Source of the DNA: a virus
Virus record (IMG/VR): IMGVR_UViG_3300026223_000001
Length of the DNA: 43,294 bases
Strand: one strand, 5' to 3'
Under the pieces are notes generated by a model that was not told where the DNA came from, did not search any database, and was given only the letters and a program-made list of their open reading frames with translations. The position numbers were made by a program, and so were the translations under genes. This document shows positions 1 to 8,329 of the stretch, one piece after another (within the stretch, counting starts at the first letter, position 1; the number at the start of each line of letters is the position of its first letter).

Positions 1-127
1 GCATGGCTTGGCCGCTACCGGGCACCGGCGGTACAGGCGGCGCGGGCGGCGGCGGCCACATTGGCTTTGAGTAGGTCACCTCGCCTGTCCGCGCGTTCGT
101 GAGCGCGATGACGATGGGTGGCGTTAC
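1..127. repeat. Terminal direct repeat, copy 1 (identical to 43168..43294); circular-contig overlap
   Basis: nt 1-127 (gcatggcttggccgctaccggg...gatgggtggcgttac) recur verbatim as the last 127 nt of the window. Confidence 0.95.
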
Positions 128-205
128 GATCATCGCCATGCCTTCTGGCATCCAGTCGCGCTCTAGTACTTTGATCCCGCAGATACTTAGCTGTTTGTCG
201 CTCAT
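1..205 (-). CDS. Hypothetical 75-aa protein; ORF crosses the window junction (205..1 joined to 43167..~43145)
   Basis: ATG at ~205 reads MSDKQLSICGIKVLERDWMPEGMAMIVTPPIVIALTNARTGEVTYSKPMWPPPPAPPVPPVPGSGQAM. The frame is still open at nt 1 and continues through the repeat copy to PPAPPVG-TGA at ~43145. It is split by linearisation, so it is absent from the track. Confidence 0.45.
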   Translation of the reverse strand, partial: MSDKQLSICGIKVLERDWMPEGMAMIVTPPIVIALTNARTGEVTYSKPMWPPPPAPPVPPVPGSGQAM

Positions 206-214
206 GTCGTCATA

Positions 215-484
215 CTACGTCACCGGCGGCGCAGGCGGTAGCGGTACAGGGAACACCGACGGCACAGCGTTTTGCGCCGGCGCGTTCATCTGGTCGAAGA
301 AGCCCTCCGCCGTTCGCAGCAGGCCCAGAATAATCGGCGCAGCAAACGCGAACTGGCCCCAATCCAAGATCCCCGCCTGGTGCTGCGCCTCGCCGATCGC
401 AGCGAGGAGCACGGCCAGCACAATCGCTCGAGCAGCGCCCACGGCCCACGGCGGCACGTTCAGTCCCAGAAGTAGGTTATTCAT
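215..484 (-). CDS. Membrane protein, holin-like (89 aa)
   Basis: Track ORF 215..496. Start moved to ATG 484, which overlaps the upstream stop (ATGA). MNNLLLGLNVPPWAVGAARAIVLAVLLAAIGE...FAFAAPIILGLL gives two hydrophobic helices and a Pro-rich tail. Lies in the lysis region. Confidence 0.5.
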   Translation of the reverse strand: MNNLLLGLNVPPWAVGAARAIVLAVLLAAIGEAQHQAGILDWGQFAFAAPIILGLLRTAEGFFDQMNAPAQNAVPSVFPVPLPPAPPVT

Positions 485-648
485 GCCGGCGCCCAACTCA
501 CGGCGAGCGCAAACGCTACCAGCGCCAGCCCGATGTCAACGTCAAACGCCGAGCTCTTCAGCGTTTGCGCTGGCTCCTGGAATCCGGCCAGCAGAAACAG
601 CACGCCGGCGATCAGCGCCAGCGCCACGCAAACCCAAGTCTTACTCAT
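481..648 (-). CDS. Small two-TM membrane protein, holin-like (55 aa)
   Basis: Track ORF 481..717. Internal ATG at 648 is preceded by AAGGAGG. MSKTWVCVALALIAGVLFLLAGF...DIGLALVAFALAVSWAPA forms two TM helices. Confidence 0.55.
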   Translation of the reverse strand: MSKTWVCVALALIAGVLFLLAGFQEPAQTLKSSAFDVDIGLALVAFALAVSWAPA

Positions 649-1073
649 CTCTTCTTCCCTCCTTGAACTTGACACTTCTTTCGCCATCGGTGTAGACGTA
701 CACGGTCCCGGACACACACTCCGGCGGGTTCCGGCTTCGCGCCGCGTTCGCTCGCTATCGCTATCCGCGCAATTTCCAGCGGCACGGCGGCGATCAGCGC
801 CCGAACGATGGCCGTATCCGTTGTCGGATCATCGCCGCCATCATGCAAAGCCTCATCGGGTACGTCGTCGATGTCGGTATGAGCGTGACGGCGTTCGCCC
901 CGCCAAAGGTCGTTGCGGGCGTGGCGAGCCATCAGATGCGCCCCGCCAAAAGTTCGCGGCGGATACCGGAGAAACCGCAACCAGCCCTCCTGATAAACGT
1001 CCCAGCGCTGCCACACGGGAGCAGTGGCCGCGACCTCACGGGCGATGATGTCCAGTTGCTCAAAAGTGAGCAT
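645..1073 (-). CDS. Hypothetical protein (142 aa); only a loose sigma-70 region-2-like pattern
   Basis: Track ORF with an ATGA overlap to the downstream gene. WDVYQEGWLRFLRY...ARHARNDLWR is vaguely sigma-region-2-like. Function not established. Confidence 0.5.
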   Translation of the reverse strand: MLTFEQLDIIAREVAATAPVWQRWDVYQEGWLRFLRYPPRTFGGAHLMARHARNDLWRGERRHAHTDIDDVPDEALHDGGDDPTTDTAIVRALIAAVPLEIARIAIASERGAKPEPAGVCVRDRVRLHRWRKKCQVQGGKKR

Positions 1074-1226
1074 CCCACTGCTCCGTTGCGGGCCAAATCT
1101 GGATCGTTTGCGGTAAACTGGCCTTGCATCGGGAGAAAGCTCCTCTCGGTGTCATGCGCCCGGAGTTGTAGGACTCGCGGGCGCTTTCTGTAAACCCGCG
1201 CCACCACGCGATCACGAACAAGCAGA

Positions 1227-1562
1227 TCACCAGTACCCCATTGCGTGGCCGGCAATGAGCACGCCAGTGGCGAAGGCTACGCCAATGGCCATCCAGAACG
1301 AGCGCTGAGCCTGCGTCACGGTCCAGTTGCCGGGTGTTGGCACGCCGGCGGCGATCGCTGTGTTTGTGGCTGTGGACTGCGCCAATAGTGCCTTGGCCGT
1401 GTAGCTATCTAGCGTGCTCTCGATCTTGGCGACTTTCACCACGAGCCAGGACTCCCGCATATCCGCCGTCATGCCGCGCGTGTAGCGGATCAGACTGCGC
1501 TCGGCTTCCGAAAGCGTGTCGAGCCATGCCTGCTCACGGCCGCCGTTGGCTGGCTGCGTCAC
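1227..1562 (-). CDS. Hypothetical protein with C-terminal TM anchor (111 aa), lysis-cassette associated
   Basis: Track ORF. GTG start overlaps the upstream stop (GTGA). C-terminal helix FWMAIGVAFATGVLIAGHAMGYW. Confidence 0.55.
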   Translation of the reverse strand: MTQPANGGREQAWLDTLSEAERSLIRYTRGMTADMRESWLVVKVAKIESTLDSYTAKALLAQSTATNTAIAAGVPTPGNWTVTQAQRSFWMAIGVAFATGVLIAGHAMGYW

Positions 1563-1636
1563 AGCCGTCTCACCAGCCAGAGGATAAGCAGGATCACAAG
1601 GATCAGCACCAGCAGCCCGCCGAGATCCACGGTCAC
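1559..1636 (-). CDS. 25-aa single-TM peptide between endolysin and the next gene
   Basis: Below the track cut-off. GTG overlaps the endolysin TGA, and its own TGA overlaps the next GTG. Sequence (M)TVDLGGLLVLILVILLILWLVRRL is one TM helix plus a basic tail. Confidence 0.3.
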   Translation of the reverse strand: MTVDLGGLLVLILVILLILWLVRRL

Positions 1637-2499
1637 TTCACCCTCTTGTGGATGGCGCTGGCGTTGTTTCCGTAGTCCTTGTCGTCGGCGTAGTAGCCCT
1701 GGTCGAAGAACCACTGGTCCAGGTCAGAGACGTTCTTCTTGACTGTCGCCAGGTCGTCGGCGAGTGGCTTGAGCGCCGCGTCCACCACGGCCTTGCATTC
1801 CTCTGGCGTCATGTCGTTACCTCCTGCTGGTTGTGTTGCGTAGAGAGCCCCGTCGATTACGTTGAGATCGCAGTTAACGCCGTGAACGTCCGTGCCGCCG
1901 CTGTACTGGTGTCCAACAAGTTTTGGGTGCATCGGACACAAGCCCAACCCGCACTCAAGCGTTGGTCGGATGTCGGCGTAGTCGGCGCGGTTGTAACCGT
2001 CGAGCACGGTTGAGTAGTCGTAGCGCTGGCCGGCGGCGTGCATTAGCGTCGTGAACCACGGCGAGCTGTAGCCAATCACCGGCACGGCTACAGTCCGCAG
2101 AACCGCGACGAACGCCAGCATGTCGTCGCTTTGGATGTACAAGCCGCCCTTATCGCTGATCTCGAAGTCCAACTCGATAAACGACACCTTGGCGAGTTCG
2201 GCTCCTGCTGCGCGTTGCGTTTCCTCCCACCAGTTCGCGGGGCCAATCGTGCCCCAAGGGTACGTCCAACGCGGCCCGGCGTTGGTGTAGATCGCTGTGC
2301 GGCCGCCGACCTGTCGCATATTGCGAAGCGAGTTCTGTGCGTTAGCCTGCATCGTGTCGTACAAGCCGCCGTTGCCCTTGCCGGCGTACCCGCCGCCCCA
2401 GACGCCTACCATGAGCCCCGTAGCGCCGTCAGCGAGCATCTGGTTGCACTGCGCGGGGCTCACCGCCGTGTAGGCGTCAGGCCAGCGTTCGAGCGTCAC
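1633..2499 (-). CDS. Endolysin candidate, GH25-like / glycoside-hydrolase TIM-barrel muramidase (288 aa)
   Basis: Track ORF 1633..2622. Start set to GTG 2499 (GTGA overlap with ORF 2496..2771). Contains ...SFIELDFEISDKGG.... The near-C-terminal HQYSGGTDVHGVNCDLNV resembles the GH25 WQYS..G.V.G..VDlN signature. Flanked by small membrane proteins. Confidence 0.5.
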   Translation of the reverse strand: MTLERWPDAYTAVSPAQCNQMLADGATGLMVGVWGGGYAGKGNGGLYDTMQANAQNSLRNMRQVGGRTAIYTNAGPRWTYPWGTIGPANWWEETQRAAGAELAKVSFIELDFEISDKGGLYIQSDDMLAFVAVLRTVAVPVIGYSSPWFTTLMHAAGQRYDYSTVLDGYNRADYADIRPTLECGLGLCPMHPKLVGHQYSGGTDVHGVNCDLNVIDGALYATQPAGGNDMTPEECKAVVDAALKPLADDLATVKKNVSDLDQWFFDQGYYADDKDYGNNASAIHKRVK

Positions 2500-2771
2500 T
2501 TGCGCCCCCACTTCAGAAAGTAGTGCCGCCCGCGAAGCCCCTGCCAACAAGAGCACTTGATGTCCATGGACAGATGACCGTCTAGACTCATGCCATCGAC
2601 AAACGCCATAGATTCGCCACAAGGCATCACGACGTTGATCTCGCCGCCTGCCGCTGCCAACTTGCGATAGTAATCTGCCTTGTTGGCCTTGGAGTGGCTG
2701 GCGATGTAAACGCCGTAGAGCTTAGAGCGCGGCCAGTCAGCGTTCAGCACAGGAAGAGTGATCGTTCTCAC
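2496..2771 (-). CDS. Hypothetical protein (91 aa)
   Basis: Track ORF with 4-nt overlaps at both ends (2768-2771 and 2496-2499). Confidence 0.5.
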   Translation of the reverse strand: MRTITLPVLNADWPRSKLYGVYIASHSKANKADYYRKLAAAGGEINVVMPCGESMAFVDGMSLDGHLSMDIKCSCWQGLRGRHYFLKWGRK

Positions 2772-3112
2772 TTCTTGGCCCTTCGTTTCGCTGCCCGGTC
2801 AACCAGCACGAATCGCTCATACAAGGGCACCTGCGCCACTGTCAGCGTCTTGGCCGCGTCCAGGGCTACAAGCGCCTCCTTGATGATCGTGGCGGCCCTG
2901 GGCCCAATCTCTACATCCTTCGGCGCGTCCTTGTCCCATCGGTAGACTGATTGAGCACCGACGCTCTCGACCCTCAAGTTCGATTCGGCGATCTCCGCTT
3001 CGTTTGGCGCAAGGTCGAGTCTGAGGTCGCTGAGTATCTTGAGGTCGGCGTAGGAGCCGGATGGCGGTAGGATGCTCTCGATGATGATGCGTTCGGCGAG
3101 TATCAGGTTCAC
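2768..3112 (-). CDS. Hypothetical protein (114 aa)
   Basis: Track ORF, ATGA-coupled to both neighbours, downstream of the fibre gene. Confidence 0.55.
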   Translation of the reverse strand: MNLILAERIIIESILPPSGSYADLKILSDLRLDLAPNEAEIAESNLRVESVGAQSVYRWDKDAPKDVEIGPRAATIIKEALVALDAAKTLTVAQVPLYERFVLVDRAAKRRAKK

Positions 3113-3348
3113 AAGCCCTCCTTTGTTTTGATGATCGTGGTTACAGCGGTGAACAGATTGGTTACCCCCGTCAGCAGCGCCCCGATGATCTCCGTCTGCG
3201 CGTCGCGGTGTATCACTTCCCCCTGCGCGGTCTGCACGTCGTAGCCCACGGCCAGGAAGTAGTGCAGCGTCACGCCGTCCGGGTCGAGGACGACGGATAG
3301 GCGCAGGCCGGGAAAGGTGATCCCTGTTTTCGTAAGTGTTGTCGCCAT
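3109..3348 (-). CDS. Hypothetical protein (79 aa)
   Basis: Track ORF. GGAGGA precedes the ATG at 3348. Confidence 0.55.
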   Translation of the reverse strand: MATTLTKTGITFPGLRLSVVLDPDGVTLHYFLAVGYDVQTAQGEVIHRDAQTEIIGALLTGVTNLFTAVTTIIKTKEGL

Positions 3349-3356
3349 CGTTCCTC

Positions 3357-4877
3357 CTATACCGCTATCCAGACAAGTTGCCCGTTGGTGAAGTTGACGC
3401 CCGCGAGGCCGGGATTGAACGTCTGAAATTGCCGGCGGGTTGGCGTAGCACCTTCTGAGACAAATAGCGGCGAAAGGTTCGCCCCCGCTGCGAAGTTCGC
3501 CATCACCTCGAAGAGGCCGCTTGTCGTCGTCGGCGTCGCGCTGCCGAACTGCACGATGCGGTTGTTGGCAGCGGTAAACGAACTTCCAGTGATGTCCCCC
3601 ACACGAAGCTGAATGGCGGTGGTCACCGTTGTGCTGGCGAGCGATTTGGCGACGGCCTGAATGTCGATCCCCAGCAGCGTGGTCACCACGATCGTCGGCG
3701 TCGTACCGGAAGTCACGAAAGTGGGAGTCGTTACCAGGTAGCCGACAGCCGTGGTGACCGCCAGCGCTTCAGAGGTCGAGGATGTGCCGCCAGCCTGAAA
3801 CGTGAGCTTCGTCGCGTAGCCGGTCATCGCGGTGATATTCAGAGTACGGCTGGACGAGGACGAGACGAGGTTGCCCGCCGCGACCTGTGTTGATGCGCCC
3901 GTGAGAGCCGCCATCGTGGCCGTGGCGCTATTGGCAAGGCCGCTGAAGTTGGCTGCCATGCCGAAGTTCATGCCCAGAATGCTGCCGGCAGTGACGGTCC
4001 CCGAAGGACTCATCGCAGCACTGGCGGCAAACACTGTGACCAGCGCCGACGCCGCCGTTGGAAGGAATGCCGCCGTAGCAGCCGGGATGCTGAGAATAGT
4101 CTGAGTGGCTGCTACCGTCAGGTCGTAGGCGCCGACGGTTAGTGCTGAGTTGGCGCTTACGGCAGCGTTGACGCCCCACGCCACGCCTGACGTGCTTCCC
4201 TGTACGTTGCCGGTCAGAGCGATCGGTACGGTTCCTGTCACTAACCACGCAAAGCCATTTCCGGGGGTAGTGCCGCCAGACCAACTGGTACCCGTGAAAG
4301 TTGTCGCGGTGTTACTTGTGACGGTCAGACTCTTCCCATTGCAGAAAACGGCTAAACCCACGTACGCATTGATCACCATCGCCAGCCGTGTATCGGTAAG
4401 AGTTGTGGTCGTTGTGGTGACAGCGGCATCAGCTGTCCCGCTTATCGAACCAGCGCTCAACGTCATTCGGGTTACGCTATCAGGCCCGATTATTTTGTTG
4501 GCCAGCGTCAGCGCCCCGGTAATGCTCACGTCGCCGGTCAGCGTGAGGTGCGGCGAGGCCGTGTTCAGCGTGACGCGCGGCGTAGCGCCGATGTCGGCGA
4601 GGCCCGACAGATGCGGGATGGTCTCCCAGGTCGGCGCTGCGGTGACGCCCTGACCCTGCATGACGGTCGAGGCCGCGCCCACGGCGAGCTCGACCGTAGC
4701 GCCGGTGCCGTTAGTGTAGGGCATGATCCAGTTCGAGCCGGTGGTCAGGAGGTACGTACCGCCGCCAGGCGCGGCCAGGTGAACCTCCGAGCCATGAATG
4801 CGAGTGTGCGTCGTGGTCGTGCCGTACTTGCCGGTCAGCGCTTCCAGCGCGGCGATACGTTCTTCGTCGCTAGGCAT
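3357..4877 (-). CDS. Tail fibre / receptor-binding protein candidate (506 aa)
   Basis: N-terminal MPSDEERIAALEALTGKYG is followed by ~450 aa of Thr/Ala/Ser/Gly-rich beta-type sequence. It is the last large structural gene before the lysis genes. Confidence 0.5.
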   Translation of the reverse strand: MPSDEERIAALEALTGKYGTTTTHTRIHGSEVHLAAPGGGTYLLTTGSNWIMPYTNGTGATVELAVGAASTVMQGQGVTAAPTWETIPHLSGLADIGATPRVTLNTASPHLTLTGDVSITGALTLANKIIGPDSVTRMTLSAGSISGTADAAVTTTTTTLTDTRLAMVINAYVGLAVFCNGKSLTVTSNTATTFTGTSWSGGTTPGNGFAWLVTGTVPIALTGNVQGSTSGVAWGVNAAVSANSALTVGAYDLTVAATQTILSIPAATAAFLPTAASALVTVFAASAAMSPSGTVTAGSILGMNFGMAANFSGLANSATATMAALTGASTQVAAGNLVSSSSSRTLNITAMTGYATKLTFQAGGTSSTSEALAVTTAVGYLVTTPTFVTSGTTPTIVVTTLLGIDIQAVAKSLASTTVTTAIQLRVGDITGSSFTAANNRIVQFGSATPTTTSGLFEVMANFAAGANLSPLFVSEGATPTRRQFQTFNPGLAGVNFTNGQLVWIAV

Positions 4878-4922
4878 GGTAACCTGTAAAACATGTCTGA
4901 AAGCGTGGAAACGAGAGCATTA

Positions 4923-6959
4923 TCAAGCATACCTGAGCAAAGTAGCTGTTATGCTGGCAAATCCTGCACCAGGCATCCCCTGAACAGTCGTTGGGAGCCC
5001 GTAATGGGTTTGCCCGTACAGTGGCAACGCTGAATCGACGGTGCGAATGAGCACTTGCCCCGTGTTGCCGAAGCGGTCGATGTACGCCTGCGCCGTGCTG
5101 CGGAACGCTTCGAGTTCGGCGAACACAGCCTCGACCGTGGATGTGCGCTCGCCGGCTGTGCGCATCAGGTCGATAGTGAACGCCAGGTCGTCCTCGACTG
5201 CGGGAATGTAGGAGCCGCGACACTGTAGGCGTTTGGCGATGGGAACATGAGCAAAGGATGAGCCGTTCGTTGTCGCCCGGACCGTGAAGATTTGGTAACG
5301 CGTAGAAGTAGAGGAGCCCACAGCCCACGCCTTGCCGCTTTGGACACCCGATGTGTTGCCGCCGGGAACGCCTATCACACTCCAAAGACAGACTGGGCTG
5401 GACGGATTGACGTACCACTCATACTCCCGGAACAGCACCGGCCCGCCGAAGTCCTGCTCCATCAACGTGGCATAGTACAGCGTCGCGCTATTCCCGAAGG
5501 AAGCATCCCCTTGCGTGCCAATCATCACCGGCGCGCCGTCGGCCTCCAGCGCGATCCAGGAGATGTCGCCGCCGTTCGTGTTGTCGCCGAAGAACAGCCG
5601 GCCGCCGCCTGTAGTACTGACGCCGAAAGTGCCGTTGATCTGCCGGTGGACGCCCTGCGGAGTCGCGGCGTTTTGAGGGGTGCACGACGCCACGGCGACC
5701 CAGCAGAGATCATTCGTTCCCGGCGCGTCGTCGGACTCCCTGCGCCGCACCGCCATGATGTAAGAGTTGGAGTTAGCGGGGTCGGCGTGGGGGAAGTAGG
5801 CCCATCTGTCGCATGCCTCGCCGGTCGCTACCGTACCTTGCTTTATCATCGTTGAGTAAGCGTCGGAGGTTACGTTCTCCTTGATCGCGTTGAGTCCTAC
5901 TGGCTTGGAACGCACGCCTGGAACCGTCCGCACGACTCCACCTGTCGGGATAGGTAAGAACAACTCGCCGCCCCAGAGCATCGGCTTATGCACCTTGAGC
6001 GTCGTTGGGTCGCCCGTCTGCTGAAACTTCGTATCGAGCAAATCGCTCCATGTCAACGTCCCGTTGGCGTTCGAGATAGCGGCGTCGTAGCCGTCCTGCT
6101 TGCCCGTGATAATCAAATCACCGTAGTGAGTGAGCGACGTGCCGTAAATTCCTTGCTGACCAACGGGAAAACCGGTACTCCACGATGCATCCAGATCACC
6201 GCGCCCCGCAATCACAGAAGCCATTATCGAGACTTCGGCGCGCGGCGTAGCCAGCAGCGCCCCGGCTGAGTGTGACGAGTTCCATTTGACATACCGCCCA
6301 TCCGGCAGGGCGTCAAAATGAGACGCGCCCTTGGTGACAGTTGTAAAGACCGTCCATGTAGAGATAGTCGAGCCTACTGCCCCGCCGGTGCCAACCGTCG
6401 TCAGTTCCATGATGCGGTTGTCGTTGTTGCAGGGGATCAACCAGCGCGCCTTGACCGTGCCCGAGGCGCTGGCGTCAGAGAGCACATAGATCGGCTGGCC
6501 GAAGAAATCGTTAGCCGAAGCGATGACGCTGGCCGCGTCCACGCGCCGCACAACTGGCACCGTAGCGTCAATGTCGATCGTGATGATGTGGCGTGGCGTG
6601 ACGGCGATCAGAAGCCATTTGCCGTTCGTATCCTGCGTCTCGAACCAGTAGCGGATCGGTAGGTTGGGCGTCGCCGGCATAGTAGGCCGCGTCACCGTCG
6701 GCGGAAGCCGCAGCCCGTCCGGCTCTGTCGCCAAAAGCGGTTGTGCCTGATTGTAGTCGTGGACGCCGATGCCGATGCCCGAGGACGCCTTATCCAACAG
6801 CGACACGTCGAAGTCGTCTGAAGGTACTGTCTGTGCGATGCGCGTGCTGGACGCGAATAGCACCTTCGCCGTGCCATCGGGCGACGCGCCTTGTATTTTG
6901 GAGAGCCAGTAAGACTCGCCGCCGATGCTAAGGGTGTCTTCGCCCCCGCCGACGCTCAT
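4923..6959 (-). CDS. Large tail/baseplate structural protein (678 aa)
   Basis: Track ORF in the structural operon. Its start overlaps the upstream stop by 1 nt. No motif recognised. Confidence 0.6.
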   Translation of the reverse strand: MSVGGGEDTLSIGGESYWLSKIQGASPDGTAKVLFASSTRIAQTVPSDDFDVSLLDKASSGIGIGVHDYNQAQPLLATEPDGLRLPPTVTRPTMPATPNLPIRYWFETQDTNGKWLLIAVTPRHIITIDIDATVPVVRRVDAASVIASANDFFGQPIYVLSDASASGTVKARWLIPCNNDNRIMELTTVGTGGAVGSTISTWTVFTTVTKGASHFDALPDGRYVKWNSSHSAGALLATPRAEVSIMASVIAGRGDLDASWSTGFPVGQQGIYGTSLTHYGDLIITGKQDGYDAAISNANGTLTWSDLLDTKFQQTGDPTTLKVHKPMLWGGELFLPIPTGGVVRTVPGVRSKPVGLNAIKENVTSDAYSTMIKQGTVATGEACDRWAYFPHADPANSNSYIMAVRRRESDDAPGTNDLCWVAVASCTPQNAATPQGVHRQINGTFGVSTTGGGRLFFGDNTNGGDISWIALEADGAPVMIGTQGDASFGNSATLYYATLMEQDFGGPVLFREYEWYVNPSSPVCLWSVIGVPGGNTSGVQSGKAWAVGSSTSTRYQIFTVRATTNGSSFAHVPIAKRLQCRGSYIPAVEDDLAFTIDLMRTAGERTSTVEAVFAELEAFRSTAQAYIDRFGNTGQVLIRTVDSALPLYGQTHYGLPTTVQGMPGAGFASITATLLRYA

Positions 6960-8326
6960 CAGTAGCGTCCCGGGCGCATACCCTCAGCGTGGAAGTGCCG
7001 CGCCGTCAGGCGGCTCAGCGCCCCCGCCAGACGTGCGTCGCGCCCGATGTTCTCCCGGCGTTCGAGCCATGACGCCTTCTCGTCAGCCTTGCCTTGCGCG
7101 GTCGCCGTCATCACCAGGTCGTTCACGCAGAGCCACAGCGCCGTCTTGACCAGCACCTCACGGTCAACCGTGGTCGAGTCGGTGTCGTTGACCAGTGTGG
7201 GCATCGGGCGGGAGCTGTAGATGTACAGCGGGCGCTGTGAGTATTCGGTGAGCCGGACCCGGAACGGGCTCTGCGTCCCGGCGTTGCCGACGCCCTCGTC
7301 AACCTCCGTCTCGTACTTAACCGATACGAAGTCGCGTTGGTCTACGTCGTAAACGTAGGGATTAGCCGAGCTCGAGTAGGCGGCGCGGCCCTGTACGAAG
7401 TAGCCGATGTCGTCAATGTCGGCGGGATCTTCGATCCACGTCGGCAGTTGCGAATAGTCGCGCCGGTCGTAGCGCCAAAGAACGGCGTCATCGAAGTTGA
7501 TGTCATCGCTTGTATTCGTCCCCGCTAGACGGAGAGCGACCTGCTGCGTGCCGACCGGAATGAAGAAACGTGGCGAGTACGCCTCAACGTAGTGCCGGCC
7601 GGCCCAGGTGATGTTCGCCCAGCCAGCTGTAGCCAGCAACGTCTGCGAGTTGGTGACGTCGTAGACGCTGAGGACGCCTGTGCCAACATCGGCACGGAGC
7701 GTCACAGAGGCGAAGTACGTCCCACCCGGCACCACGTCCACGGTGCTCGACTGGAGATAGCCTGCGGGGGCTGAGAGCAGCGCTCGCGCGGCGTACTGGC
7801 CGTGGCGCACCTTCAGCGTCGTGTAGCCGCTGGTCGTGGTAACGGTACAATTCGAGTACGTCCAGCCGGTTGCGCCCGAACCGGAGACTACATCCGCGAA
7901 GTCGGGGTTAGTAACCAATGAGAGCGGGTAGAAGTCGCGCACCCGCATCAGGCGGCAAGCCTGCTGGACGAAGAGGAGGACACGCGCCGGGTGCATACTG
8001 CGCCAAATCGAATAGTCGGTCAGCGATTGCACCGTCTGCGGGAAACCCGCGACCGTAATCACGCCTGTGCCGCCAGCGAATCCGCCTTTGCGGACGATGC
8101 GTGCAAGCCCTGGAGCGGGGCCAGAGGCGACCTGCGAGTCAATCCTGACCCAACAGCCATCCATGAGGCTCACAGGACTGTCAGGCAGCGTCAGCGTCGT
8201 GTCAGTGAGGGTTGTGGGTGAGCCGATGGCGGTCGTCGTGTTCGTCGTGGGCACCTGGCCAATGGTCTGCCCGAGTTCGGTGCAAAGCTGGCGCATTACC
8301 TGAGCCAGCGTGGTGGCCGTGGGCAA
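6959..8326 (-). CDS. Tail structural protein with a central CBM4_9-like jelly-roll segment (455 aa)
   Basis: The middle segment GWTYSNCTVTTTSGYTTLKVRHGQYAARALL...VVPGGTYFASVTLRADVGTG...QQVALRLAGTNTSDDINFDDAVLW has the pattern of carbohydrate-binding jelly-roll modules. Judged by eye only. Confidence 0.55.
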   Translation of the reverse strand: MPTATTLAQVMRQLCTELGQTIGQVPTTNTTTAIGSPTTLTDTTLTLPDSPVSLMDGCWVRIDSQVASGPAPGLARIVRKGGFAGGTGVITVAGFPQTVQSLTDYSIWRSMHPARVLLFVQQACRLMRVRDFYPLSLVTNPDFADVVSGSGATGWTYSNCTVTTTSGYTTLKVRHGQYAARALLSAPAGYLQSSTVDVVPGGTYFASVTLRADVGTGVLSVYDVTNSQTLLATAGWANITWAGRHYVEAYSPRFFIPVGTQQVALRLAGTNTSDDINFDDAVLWRYDRRDYSQLPTWIEDPADIDDIGYFVQGRAAYSSSANPYVYDVDQRDFVSVKYETEVDEGVGNAGTQSPFRVRLTEYSQRPLYIYSSRPMPTLVNDTDSTTVDREVLVKTALWLCVNDLVMTATAQGKADEKASWLERRENIGRDARLAGALSRLTARHFHAEGMRPGRY

Positions 8327-8329
8327 CGG

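Noticed and set aside
1-127. 127-bp terminal repeat as a physical direct terminal repeat of the virion DNA.
   Set aside because: It is an exact repeat whose length equals a standard maximal assembler k-mer, and an ORF reads through it. An assembly overlap of a circular map is more likely. Only read-terminus data could show otherwise.
645-1073. 142-aa protein as an ECF-type sigma factor.
   Set aside because: There is only a loose region-2-like pattern, no convincing region 4, and an odd location inside the lysis region. It is left as hypothetical.
2496-2622. Possible frameshift or sequencing error fusing ORF 2496..2771 to the endolysin ORF 1633..2622.
   Set aside because: A GTG at 2497-2499 overlaps the TGA of the upstream ORF (GTGA), the coupling used throughout this genome. 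Two separate coupled genes is therefore the simpler reading. A split enzyme cannot be excluded without homology searches.
3357-4877. Diversity-generating retroelement or phase-variable tract acting on the fibre gene.
   Set aside because: No reverse transcriptase, template repeat or long homopolymer/short tandem tract was seen in or near the gene.
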